Notes under the pieces: generated by a model
What the model was told of the DNA's origin: nothing
Seen by the model: only the letters and a program-made list of their open reading frames with translations
The model's database searches: none
Translations under genes and position numbers: made by a program
In this document: positions 1-11,866 of the stretch, piece after piece
How positions within the stretch are numbered: the stretch's first letter is position 1
Layout: each line of letters opens with the position of its first letter
NCBI GenBank assembly: GCA_951406725.2
Contig: OX597820.1
Span: 17,794,001-17,858,000 of the forward strand
Source: Octopus vulgaris
Lineage: Eukaryota
Reading direction: 5' to 3'
Length of the DNA stretch: 64,000 bases

Positions 1-310
1 GTGTTTCTTTATTAGAAACTGCTTACTTTAAAAAAAAAAACATTCAAATAATAATTTTTAAAATTATTAAAAGATAAGAACTTGGTATACACATATATAC
101 AATATCGGCAAATGTAACAAACTACAAGCCAGAAAAAGGAAAAATAAAAAAGACGTAGGCTGGAAGCAATGAAAACCAAGCGGAGACATACCTCTAAAGA
201 ATCTGTTGTATAAATACAGACTTATATATTTGAATAAGGACAACAAAAGCACCAGCAACAATAACAACGGTGACAACAGATTTGCGAATGCCAAACATTG
301 AAGACATACA

Positions 311-366
<56 letters not shown>

Positions 367-532
367 CAAGGAAAAATTGTAAAAAGGCAGAATGATAAAT
401 TGAAAGAAAATTTTAATGAGAATGGGTGTAAGGAAAAAGTTTTCGAAAAATTGATAAAATATATATGTATATATATTAATTCAAATCGGTTTTCGTCATA
501 ATGTGACTTTTCAAGAATTGTATATATATATG

Positions 533-567
<35 letters not shown>

Positions 568-573
568 AAACAA

Positions 574-692
<119 letters not shown>

Positions 693-695
693 CAA

Positions 696-745
<50 letters not shown>

Positions 746-1070
746 GGAGGAACAATGAAAGCATATATAAATAATGTTTCATAACAAAGTAATTTTCTAT
801 TTTCTATGGAAAGTTCTGGTATATATGCGGGTGAATGTTTTAGAGTATACATGCATTCAATACATATATACTTGCACACATACACACACACACTCTGATA
901 TGCATGCATATATATATATGTTTGTATGTGCTTTGCTTGTGGGTGCATGTGTGCGTATGTGTGTATTCGTGTGTGTATGCGCGCGGAGGCTATTCGTGTG
1001 TATACATATGTATGTATGTACAGATATGCATAAGTATATATAGATATATATATGTATATAAATATATGTT

Positions 1071-1123
<53 letters not shown>

Positions 1124-1126
1124 ATA

Positions 1127-1528
1127 GGCGCAGGAGTGGCTGTGTGGTAAGTAGCTTGCTAACCAACCACATGGTTCCGGGTTCAGTCCCACTGCGTGGT
1201 ATCTTGGGCAAGTGTTTCTGCTATAGCCCCGGGCCGACCAATGCCTTGTGAGTGGATTTGGTAGACGGAAACTGAAAGAAGCCTGTCGTATATATGTATA
1301 TATATATATGTGTGTGTGTGTATGTTTGTGTGTCTGTGTTTGTCCCCCTAGCATTGCTTGACAACTGATGCTGGTGTGTTTACGTCCCCGTCACCTAGCG
1401 GGTCGGCAAAAGAGACCGATAGAATAAGTACTGGGCTTACAAAGAATAAGTCCCGGGGTCGATTTGTTCGACTAAAGGCGGTGCTCCAGCATGGCCGCAG
1501 TCAAATGACTGAAACAAGTAAAAGAGTA
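1127..1528 (+). mobile_element. tRNA-derived SINE family A, full length, with internal (TA)n(TG)n
   Basis: Head GGCGCAGGAGTGGCTGTGTGGTAAG...GGTTCAGTCCC (Pol III A/B-box-like), body, tail GGCGGTGCTCCAGCATGGCCGCAGTCAAATGACTGAAAC(AAGTAAAAG); more than 12 related copies in the window. Confidence 0.9.
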
Positions 1529-1923
1529 TACATATTCATGTGTGTATGTGTGTAATATGCTTGCATGTGTGTGTGTATATGTGTGTATAATTATTTTTCG
1601 GACTGAGTGTATAATTTTGTTTAGAAAGGTCAGTCTTCCGTTATTCTACATAAATATATGAATAAACACCAGAATATTTAATAAATCAAATTAGTGAATT
1701 CATTGACCTTCTACGAATTTATTTTAACAATTTCAATGTGAAAATTTTTCCATATAAACTAACGAATAGCTTCACACATATGTGTGTGTGTGTATATGTG
1801 TACACACACATACGCCCACACACACGCACACACACACATATATACGGGCTGTCCATAAATTATCTTTACAACTTTCATACTTTTAAATTCAATATTGTAA
1901 AGAAACTTTATGGACATGCTATA

Positions 1924-2339
1924 TACTCTTTTTACTCTTTTTTACTTGTTTCAGTCATTTGACTGCGGCCATGCTGGAGCACCGCCTTCAGTCGAGCAAA
2001 TCGACCCCGGGACTTATTCTTTGTAAGCCCAGTACTTATTCTATCGGTCTCTATTGCCGAACCGCTAAGTGACGGGGACGTAAACACACCAGCATCGGTT
2101 GTCAAGCAATGCTAGGGGCACAAACACAGACACACAAACACACACACACACACATACATATATATATACATATATACGACAGGCTTCTTTCAGTTTCCGT
2201 CTACCAAATCCACTCACAAGGCATTGGTCGGCCCGGGGCTATAGCAGAAGACACTTGCCCAAGATGCCACGCAGTGGGACTGAACCCGGAACCATGTGGC
2301 TGGTTAGCAAGCTACTTACCACACAGCCACTCCTGCGCC
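1924..2339 (-). mobile_element. SINE family A, full length
   Basis: Near-identical reverse complement of 1127-1528. Confidence 0.9.
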
Positions 2340-2403
2340 TATATATATATTTCTATCTATTAGATCAGTAACTGTGTATCACTTTGAAAATTATATAATT
2401 TCA

Positions 2404-3230
2404 AGCGCATACGCAGTAAGTCAGAGACCCGCGCCCGCGCAGAATTCCGTGACTCGCGCATGCGCAGACATTCAGAGTCGCGCATATGCAGATAGTGAGG
2501 GACTCGCGCATGTGCCGTCGGTAAGAATCTCGCGCATGCGCAGAAGGTCAGAGATTACGCGCATGTGCAAATAGTTTGAGACTTGCGCGCATGTGCAGAC
2601 GGTAGAGACTCACGCATGAGCACACGGTCAAAGGCTCATGTATGTGCAGATGTTCAGAGACTCGGGTATGCGCAAACGGTCATAGTCATGCGTATGCGAG
2701 AGACTATGACCGTCTTCACCTCGAAATTCTCTGACCGTGTGCGCATGCACGAGTCCCCGAGCGTTAGCGCATGTGGGAGTGCCCGGCCATCAGCGCATGC
2801 ATGAGTCCCCTGCCATCTGCGCATGCGTGAGTCTCTGATCGGTTGCGAATTGCGAGAGTCAGACGGTCTGAGTTTTGTGCATGTGCATACGGTCATAGTT
2901 TCGCGCACGCGGTGTTTGTCATACAGTCAGAGACTCACGCATGTGCAGACGGTGAGGAACTCGCGCATGAGCAATCGGTAAGAGGCTCGTGCATGCGCAA
3001 TCGGTCAGAGACACACGCAACCACAACCGTTCAGAGAATCGCGCTTGCGCACACGCTGAGAGATTCGCTCATGCGCAGACGGTTAGAGTCTCACACATGC
3101 GCAGACGCTCATAGTCTCGAGCATGCGCAAATGGACCGAGACTCGCACATGCGGAGACGTTCAGAGATTCGCGCATACGCAGATGTTCAAAGTCTCGTGC
3201 ATGCGCAGACGTTGAGTGACACGCGCGTAC
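2404..3230. repeat. Degenerate ~26-bp GC-rich minisatellite (consensus GACTCGCGCATGCGCAGACGGTCAGA) with an inverted internal block
   Basis: About 30 diverged units visible by eye; units at ~2700-2860 read in reverse orientation (TCTGACCGT..GCGCATGC..GAGTC). Confidence 0.85.
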
Positions 3231-3626
3231 CATATTATGTTGGCAAACCGTCTTTACTCTAAAGCACCGATACTGAATATCTCTCTTTGGGAGATTTAGT
3301 AATAATAATGTTTCCATTTATTAGATTAGTGATTGTGTGTCACTTTGAAAATTATATATTTTCGAACGGGAATTCAGCAACGCCTCCTAGCCATCGGTTA
3401 CTCTGTGCTAATAAAGAGCAATAACCCAGAAACCGGTCTAAAAATACTACCTTGTGCTGGATGGGGATACTGAGGTCCCTGTGCGAAAATATAATGACAC
3501 AGATATTGCTGGAGATGATGTTTCCTGAGGCTAAACAACAGTAACATTCGTCCTATCCAGGACAGCCACATTATGTTGGCAAATAGTCTATTCTTTAAAG
3601 GACTGTTACTATTTAGAAATAGTAAT

Positions 3627-3677
<51 letters not shown>

Positions 3678-3684
3678 CATATAT

Positions 3685-3823
3685 GACGGTCTTGTTTCAG
3701 TTTGTAACTACCAAACCCACTCACAAGGCTTTGGTCGGCCCGAGGCTATAGTAGAAGACACTTGGGACTGAACCCGGAGCCATGTCATTGGTAAACAAAT
3801 TTCTTATCATACAGCCATGCCTG
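3685..3823 (-). mobile_element. SINE family A, 5' half, diverged
   Basis: CCACTCACAAGGCTTTGGTCGGCCCGAGGCTATAGTAGAAGACACTTG matches the family A body. Confidence 0.75.
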
Positions 3824-5225
3824 TGAGAGAGACAGACGGACAGGCAGACAGAAACAGAGAAACTATTTGTCTGTTTGTATGGTCAGTAAGTTAGCGATTT
3901 AACACAAATAACCCGATAACATAAGTACCAGATTATTTTTTTAAAAAGTACTGGGAGTCGATTCGTTTTACCAAACCTTTTAAAGCGGTGCCCCAGCATG
4001 GGTGCAGTCTAATGACTGAAACAAGTAAAAAGATGAAAGGTCAAAGATAAGCTGTAACTTCGAAGTAGTTTTCAGTAAATAGTCTCTTTGTAACTGACTT
4101 TCAAAGGAACGCCCACAATGACCTCTACAAACGTTCACAATGACCTCTACAGCCGTAAATGAAACCATCCCAAATAACAATGTCAGGTCTGTTATAATTA
4201 ACATTTAGCGGAAGTAATAAAGGGATTGTATAACTGTTACTCCTTGTGTTGAATTCAATAACAAAAATATTTTTTGTGCTACTCCATTCCAGGGGAAGTG
4301 TTTTTTTCTTGTTTGGATGGCATTGGATATTGTTTTACGGTATTCCCTTTAGTGAGTGTACGTGTACCGGTAAGTCTATTCATTTTTATGTAAATGATTC
4401 CGAAGATTTAAGTTTTTTTACAAACCTCACCATATTCTTTCATTCTCTTCAAATACTGCATTTGATACCTTATCAAAAATGCGCGCGCACACGTGCAAAA
4501 ATACACACATATATGCATGTATTTATGTATGTATGCATACATGCACATATACACATTCATACGTATACATACATATGTGTATATGTGTATGTCCGTATGT
4601 ATGTGTGTGTCCGTATGTGTGTGTGTATACATATGTCTATAAATATATATTTAAGGTAATAGGCATCGGGTCTGAACACAAAACAATATGGTTGCCGAGC
4701 GTGTTTCATATATACGAACGTATTTATTTATTTATGTATTAGTGTGTAGGTAGGAACATAAAAGAATCCACCGTTTCTTTGTGAAAAACAAAAAGTTCAA
4801 CTCTACCTCGAAGCGATTTTCTCGAGAACTGGATAAGAATAAAATAAAAATTCAAAGAAGCATCAGTAAGAAGATTTTTGCAAGAATTTAGAAAAGTTTG
4901 AACAGAAAATGAATCGCTACAGAGGGGAATTTAAGAAGACGTGACGTGTACTCGAGTAGTCTTAGAAGGCCACCTCAACTCAAGAAGAAGACAAGATGTA
5001 GTGGGAGATATTTCATAAGCACACATAAGATGCTGATAGAATATTGAATAGCTTGTTAAAATAGCTGAAATCAAGACCTAAATGGTTCATTTTAGATGAG
5101 AAAGGAAAAGTGTAATTCTAAAGCAACAGCAAACCCTTACAACAGGCCCTTAAGCTGCCATTCTACCGTTTCAAAATCTTTAACTGAAAATAAAAGCGGA
5201 GAGGATAAATAACCAGTTATCAATA

Positions 5226-5478
5226 TTGGGTTGGTGCATAATTATTGCGGCTTTTTTTCAACAAATTTCATTCAACCAAAACAATAACAACATGTAACAC
5301 AAACATCTTTAAATGATTATTCCGGAGCATATTCACTATCTGCTTCAATTACTGCTTCCCATTTGTTTAGCAGATGGTCAGGCCGTCATTTAAAGATACT
5401 TTTTATTAAATATTGTTATTGTTTTTGTTGAATAAAATTGGTTTTAAAAAAAGCCGCAATAATTATGCACCAACCCAG
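5226..5478 (-). mobile_element. Mariner internal-deletion derivative (MITE)
   Basis: TIRs TTGGGTTGGTGCATAATTATTGCGGCTTTTTT / AAAAAAGCCGCAATAATTATGCACCAACCCA, left TA target; minus-strand remnant DHLLNKWEAVIEADSEYAPE* resembles a mariner transposase C-terminus. Confidence 0.85.
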
Positions 5479-5480
5479 CA

Positions 5481-6030
5481 TCTATATGCCTCACTATACG
5501 AATTAATTTCTTCCTGGAAACCGTAGCATTGTTAGAAATCGTAATTTGTTCTCAGAAAAATATTTTACTTTCAAAATTTATAATACTTGCAAATAAATGG
5601 CAATAAAACAACCGTAGAATGTAAAGAATTCTTTTATGTAAAGTAAAAAGAATGTGAAGATCATCTCTTATGATAATGTATAATAAAAAATATTTTATTA
5701 TTATCGTTTTCTGAATCACTTTCACTCGCACTAGACCGGCGCCTACCATCACTTGTAAGGCGCGATCGCCGATTCACAAGCACTCGTGGACGGACTTGTA
5801 GATTTCTTTTTAAACAACAAGTCTAGAGTTGTTTGCTTTGAAGAAGCTTTTCTTCGCTCTCTATAAATTTCTTGGTAACACACAAAAGCATTTGTTATGG
5901 TTGCACTTCTTTCAAATTTTGGATTTTGTGCTTGAAAAATTTCGGCTCACCATACCAAAGTGAGCTGAAAAATATAACTCGTAAAGCCGAGGTTTCGTAA
6001 AGTAAGTCCTCGTAAAGTGAAGTACTACTG
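5481..6030. mobile_element. pogo/Tigger-like non-autonomous DNA transposon remnant
   Basis: Right end CTCGTAAAGTGAAGTACTACTG|TA; left CCTCACTATACGAATTAAT is a degraded counterpart; similar ends at 47784-49068. Confidence 0.5.
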
Positions 6031-6148
6031 TACTTGTATTCATACTTTTCCGATAAATAAATTGTAATAATTTCCTTTCAAGAAAGCACCATTGTCGGTG
6101 TTGTTGCTTTCTTGGTGTAGTTGTTGTTATGATGTTATTGCTGTGGAA

Positions 6149-6542
6149 GGCGGCGAGCTGGCAGAAACGTTAGCACGCCGGGCGAAATGCTTGGCGGTAT
6201 TTCGTCTGCCGCTACGTTCTGAGTTCAAATTCCGCCGAGGTCAACTTTGCCTTTCATCCTTTCGGGGTTGATTAAATAAGTGCCAGTTACGCACTGGGGT
6301 CGATGTAATCGACTTAATCCGTTTGTCTGTCATTGTTTGTCCTCTGTGTTTAGCCCCTTGTGGGTAGTAAAGAAATAAGTATTTCGTCTGTCTTTACGTT
6401 CGGAGTTCAAATTCCGCCGAGGTCGACTTTGCCTTTCATCCTTTCGGGATCGATTAAATAAATATCAGTTGCCTGCTGGGACCCGTCAAATCGACTGGCC
6501 CTCTCCCCACAAATTTCGGGCCTTGTGCCTTGAATAGAAAAA
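6149..6542 (+). mobile_element. SINE family B, two nested units (tail-1 unit then tail-2 unit)
   Basis: Head GGCGGCGAGCTGGCAGAAACGTTAGCACGCCGGGCGAAATG...GAGTTCAAATTCCGCCGAGG, core CTTTGCCTTTCATCCTTTCGGGG; second unit restarts at GTATTTCGTCTG (~6379). Confidence 0.9.
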
Positions 6543-6726
6543 AAACCCAGTTCTTATGACATTGCTGTTGCTGTTTTTATTGTGTTGTCGTTGTTGCCAT
6601 GGTGTTGTGGTGGTGGTGTTGCCGTTGTTATGTAATTACCATTTTTATTATCGCATCGTTGTTGTCATGGTGTCGGTGTCATGACTTTGTTGTCTCATTG
6701 CCGTTATGATATTGCTGTTGTCATAA

Positions 6727-7372
6727 GGCTGTGAGCTGGCAGAAACGTTAGCACGCTGAGCGAAATACTTAGTGATATTTCATCTGTCTTTACATTCTGA
6801 GTTCAAATTCCGCCGAGGTCGATTTTGCCTTTCATCTTTTCGGAGTCGATAAATTAAGTACCAGTTTCGCACTGGGGTCGATGTAATCGACTTAATCCCT
6901 TTATTTGTCCTTGTTTGTCCTCTCAATGTTTAGCCCCTTGTGGCCAATAAAGAAATAAAAAACGTTAGCACGCCGGGCGAAATGCTTAGCGGTTTTTCGT
7001 CTGCCGCTACGTTCCGAGTTCAAATTCTGCCGAGGTCGATTTTGCCTTTCATCCTTTCGGGGTCGATAAATTAAGTACCAGTTACGCACTGGGGTCGATA
7101 TAATCTACTTAATCCCTTTATCTGTCCTTGTTTGTCCTCTCAATGTTTAGCCCCTTGTGGCCAATAAAGAAATAAAAAACGTTAGCACGCCGGGCGAAAT
7201 GCTTAGCGGTTTTTCGTCTGCCGCTACGTTCCGAGTTCAAATTCCGCCGAGGTCGACTTTGCCTTTCATCCTCTCAGGGTCGATAAATTAAGTACCAGTT
7301 GCGTACTGCGGTCGATCTAATCGACTAGTTCCCTCCTACAAAATTCCGGGCCTTGTGTCTAGAGAAGAAAAG
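6727..7372 (+). mobile_element. SINE family B, three-unit array
   Basis: Units restart at AAACGTTAGCACGCC (~6960, ~7177); last unit ends in tail 2 (GGCCTTGTGTCTAGAGAAGAAAAG). Confidence 0.9.
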
Positions 7373-7940
7373 GACATTGCTGTTGTCATAACATTATCAT
7401 GACGTAATGGTCGTTATTGACACAATGTTGTCTTTATTACTTTGCTGTTGTTGTCATTGATATTGTTGTTATGATGTTGTTGTTATGTCAATGTTTTACT
7501 TTTCGCTCCTTGTTGGTTTTTTAATTATATTTTTACCTTTTTGTTTGCAATTTCTCTTTTATATACGTTTATTTATGTTTAACATCTTTTTGTGTCTCTC
7601 TTAACATTTTATCATTTTGTTATACTTCTTCTTGTTTGATTTTTCTTTCTTATCTTTCTTTTCATTCTCGTTCTTGTGCTTCATTCTTTTTGATTTTCAT
7701 TCTTCATCTTTTCCACTCTGCTCTTAGGGTTTTTATTTATTTATTTATTTATTTTTTTTTTGTATAATTTCCTGCCAGTCTCGAAATCTGAAACCATATC
7801 TATTACCCGGTTGCTATTTTCCCTTTTGTTAGTGCCTCTCAAGGGGGAAAATACCGTAAATATTGTTGTGGAATTTTCAAAGATTATTTTACAGGAACAG
7901 AAAAATACAGAAAAGGAGAGAAAGAGAGGGAGAGAGAAAA

Positions 7941-7973
<33 letters not shown>

Positions 7974-8059
7974 GAACTTCAAATTTTAAATAAAACTAAT
8001 ATATAACTAGCGTTTCAAATTTACTCGTTGCTCTTGTTCATTCTAATGCTGTTACTTCT

Positions 8060-8152
8060 CATGATGATGATGACGATGACGACGATTGTGATGGTGATGA
8101 TGATGAGGAGGAGGAGGACGAGGACGAGGAGGAGGAGGAGAAGGAGAAGGAC

Positions 8153-8191
<39 letters not shown>

Positions 8192-8196
8192 GATGG

Positions 8197-8232
<36 letters not shown>

Positions 8233-9188
8233 CGACGATGACGACGATTGTGATGGTGATGATGATGATGATGAAGATGAAGATGAAGATGGTGGTGGTG
8301 GTGGTGGTGGTGATTATTATTATTATTATGATGAAGACGATGATGATGGTGATGATGACGACGACGACGACAACGATGATGATGATGATGAGGAGGAGGA
8401 GGAGGATGAAAGGGATGATGACGATGAGGAGGAGGAGGAGGAGGAGGAGGAAAGGGATGATGACGATGATGAGGATGACGATGATGATGATGATGATGAT
8501 GATGACTGTGATGATGATGATTGTGATGATGACGACTGATGATGACGGTGGTAGTGGTGGTGGGAGATGGTAGTGGTGGTGACGACAACGACGACGATGT
8601 GTTGTGAGGATGAGAAGGGCGGTGAGGATATGGGAAATGGTATGATGCTAACGGGGAAACCTGTGGATTTCAATGATGATAGTAGTGTCTGAACGATATG
8701 CTGATAACGATCAGCCGTGAGTGTGGAGGCGGCGACGGTGGGGGGGGGGGGGTTTGTGGTGGTGGTGGTGGTGGTGGTGGTGGTGGTGATGGCCGTGGTC
8801 GTGGCAGTTCTGATGTTGGATATGATGGTGGTTTTGATAAATCTTGGTGGCCCTGGTGCTTGTAGTGGTGTGTTGGTGGTGATAACGATCACGAAGATAG
8901 TGGTGGTAGTGGGTGGTGGTGGTGGTGGTGGTGGTGGTGGTGGTAGTGGTGGGTCTATGGCTGATAAAGGTGGTGGTGGTGGTGATGGCGGCAGCGGCGA
9001 TGGCAATGGCGATGGCGATGGCGATGGCGATGGTGGTGGTGTCGGTGGTGGACCTGATGATTGTGATAACGATGGCGGTGCTGATGCTCGGGGCGGTGTG
9101 TTGGTGGTGGCAAGGATCACACCACCACTACCACCACCACCACCACCGTTTTCTGTTGCTGGTAATGGTGACGACGACGATAAGGATA

Positions 9189-9234
<46 letters not shown>

Positions 9235-9330
9235 CGAGGATTGTGATGATGATGATGGTGGTGGTGGTGCTGGTGGTGCTGGTGGCGCTGGTGGTGCTGG
9301 TGGTGCTGGTGGTGGTGGTGGTGGTGCTGC

Positions 9331-9390
<60 letters not shown>

Positions 9391-9467
9391 CGAGGATTGT
9401 GATGATGATGATGGTGGTGTGGTGTGGTGGTGCTGGTGGTGCTGGTGGTGGTGCTGGTGGTGGTGCT

Positions 9468-9523
<56 letters not shown>

Positions 9524-9610
9524 CATTTGTGTTAATTATGATGTGGTTGTGCTGTGTGTGCTGCTTGCTGCATGATGATGATGCTGATGATTTGATGATT
9601 GTCATTGTTT
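8060..9610. repeat. Compound trinucleotide low-complexity region (GAT/GAG/GGT/GCT)
   Basis: Direct inspection; internal duplication of GATGACGAGGATTGTGATGATGATGATGGTGGTG at ~9230 and ~9385. Confidence 0.9.
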
Positions 9611-9654
9611 GACTTTGCTTTTGCAACCATTACCACTGCCACTTCTGCTGGGTC

Positions 9655-9700
<46 letters not shown>

Positions 9701-10048
9701 TTCTGGGTTTTTTATTTTTTATCTTTGAAGACAATCAGATTCCTCGAAGGTATTTTTGCCCGTCCGATATAAACTGATATTAGAAAAAGAAAACGAGTTC
9801 TTTAGTGCTTTGTTATCAATTTTGCCAAGATTTGAACAGCAACAGAAAAGCACTACATACGAAGAATAAGGCATTTTGAAACCAAGGAGTAGTGATTATT
9901 GATACTCCAAGATAAATGCTGTAAGTCGAAAATGAGCATCGTCTGCATGAATTTAACCAATCTGGGAGGCCCTACAAAGAACTTGGATGTCACCCTTACT
10001 GCTACGATTGAATGCTAAAAGACGGAAAAGTGTCAGAAAGGATTAGAT

Positions 10049-10304
10049 CAGTGCTCCGTAACCGGTATGCCGCGGCACGCTGGTGTGCCACGAGTCGATG
10101 CTAAATGTGCCGCAATGTAAGTGGCTGTGTGGTAAGTAGATTGCTTACCAACCACATGGTTTCGGGTTCAGTCCCACTGTGTGGAACCTTCGGCAAGTGT
10201 CTTCTACTATAGCCTCGGGCCGACCAAAGCCTTGCGAGTGGATTTGGTAGACGGAAACTGAAAGAAGCCCGTCGTATATATGTATATATATATATATGTG
10301 TGTG

Positions 10305-10396
<92 letters not shown>

Positions 10397-10701
10397 TTGT
10401 GTGTCTGTGTTTGTCCCCCCAACATCGCTTGACAACCGATGCTGGTGTGTTTACGTCCACGTAACTTAGCGGATCGTCAAAAGTGGTCGATAGAATAAGT
10501 ACTAGGCTTACAAAGAATAAGTCCTGGGGTCGATTTGCTCGACTAAAGGCGGTGCTCCAGCATGACCACATGATTGAAAAGAGTAAAAGAGTAAAAAAAG
10601 TATACTTTTAGTTATATTTTTAGTTTAGGTGTGCTGCCGAATTTTCAAAAAATATATAAAAGTGTACCGGAAGTAAAAAAAAGAAAGGATGCGGAGCACT
10701 A
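10049..10701. mobile_element. hAT (Charlie-like) MITE interrupted by a SINE A
   Basis: TIRs CAGTGCTCCGTAACC / GGATGCGGAGCACTA; perfect 8-bp TSD GATTAGAT at 10041-10048 and 10702-10709. Confidence 0.85.
10120..10598 (+). mobile_element. SINE family A nested in the hAT MITE
   Basis: Family A head, body and tail with expanded internal (TG)n. Confidence 0.9.
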
Positions 10702-11061
10702 GATTAGATTGATGTGATAAGTGAAAAGTCTGAAGTATTCAAGATTAGTTGAGCATTTTGTGGAGATGTATCGGGAAGTACCTGTCTAGGAAGGTTAGTT
10801 TTCCAGGGTTGTTAGATCGTCGGGTCATTTGGGTTGAGACATTTTATGTGTATGAGACGTTTTAGCACAGCCCTAAAGGAACCATCTATTTCGAAGTTGA
10901 TTTTTTTGACATCGGACATTTTAACGTTTCTCCCGTACTCAACCATTTCTCACCCTCCCCTCTCTCTCTCACTCACTATCTCTTTTTCTCACTTTCCCGC
11001 CCTCTCTTTCTTCCTCTCTCTCTCTCTCTTTCTTTCTCTCACTGTTTATATGTATGACTAA

Positions 11062-11345
11062 CTATCCACTTTTCATAACAAATATTGCACACTTATCTAT
11101 GCCAAATTCTATGCTTGTATCTTTACTGAAAAGTCTTACACTTTGTATTAAGGAACCTATCTCTTTTTTTTTCTCTCTATTTAGATCATCCATGTAGAGA
11201 AAATGGTTAATTTTCCCTTTACTATTTCTGAACTGATATCCTGCCTTTGCCTTCCTTAGTTCGAAACTAAGGAGGATCAAGCAGAAGACAAATATTAAAG
11301 GGGATCACAAGACTCCTTAGCAGATTCCACGCTTGATATTAACAA
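11062..11345 (-). pseudogene. R4/Dong-clade reverse transcriptase fragment
   Basis: GYQF...KINHFLYMDDL...FSKDTSIEFGIDKCA, homologous to the RT at 14355-14908. Confidence 0.8.
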
Positions 11346-11528
11346 AGGGACATGCTCAACTGGTTAAGGTCAAACAACTGACAAGCAAATCTGTGGTATT
11401 GAGCAGAATATTTGCTGTAGGCCATCTTTTATACCAAGACAAAGCAATGTACATGATAACACTTCCAATCAGTTAAGATCAGAAGCCATGAGAGCCACTG
11501 CCTGGTACTGCATCAGGGCATCTATTAC

Positions 11529-11599
<71 letters not shown>

Positions 11600-11656
11600 C
11601 TGTCGTCGTCGTCGTCGTCGTTGTTGTTGTTGTTGTTGTCGTTGATGTCGTTGTTG

Positions 11657-11700
<44 letters not shown>

Positions 11701-11749
11701 GTTATTGTTATTGTTATTATTATTACTATTACTATTATTATTATTATTA

Positions 11750-11793
<44 letters not shown>

Positions 11794-11825
11794 TTTATTG
11801 TTATTGTTATTATTATTATTATTAC

Positions 11826-11864
<39 letters not shown>

Positions 11865-11866
<2 letters not shown>

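Noticed and set aside
2099-2371. Recurrent peptides such as [27 protein letters not shown] and CPRCHAVGLNPEPCGW
   Set aside because: They are antisense translations of SINE A, repeated at every copy
2404-3230. CRISPR-like appearance, and ORFs 2374-3317
   Set aside because: Units are contiguous and degenerate with no unique spacers or cas genes; eukaryotic context; the ORFs only reflect the repeat
9790-10040. Possible RT remnant (HADD on the minus strand near 9940)
   Set aside because: A single short motif next to a stop, with no supporting motifs
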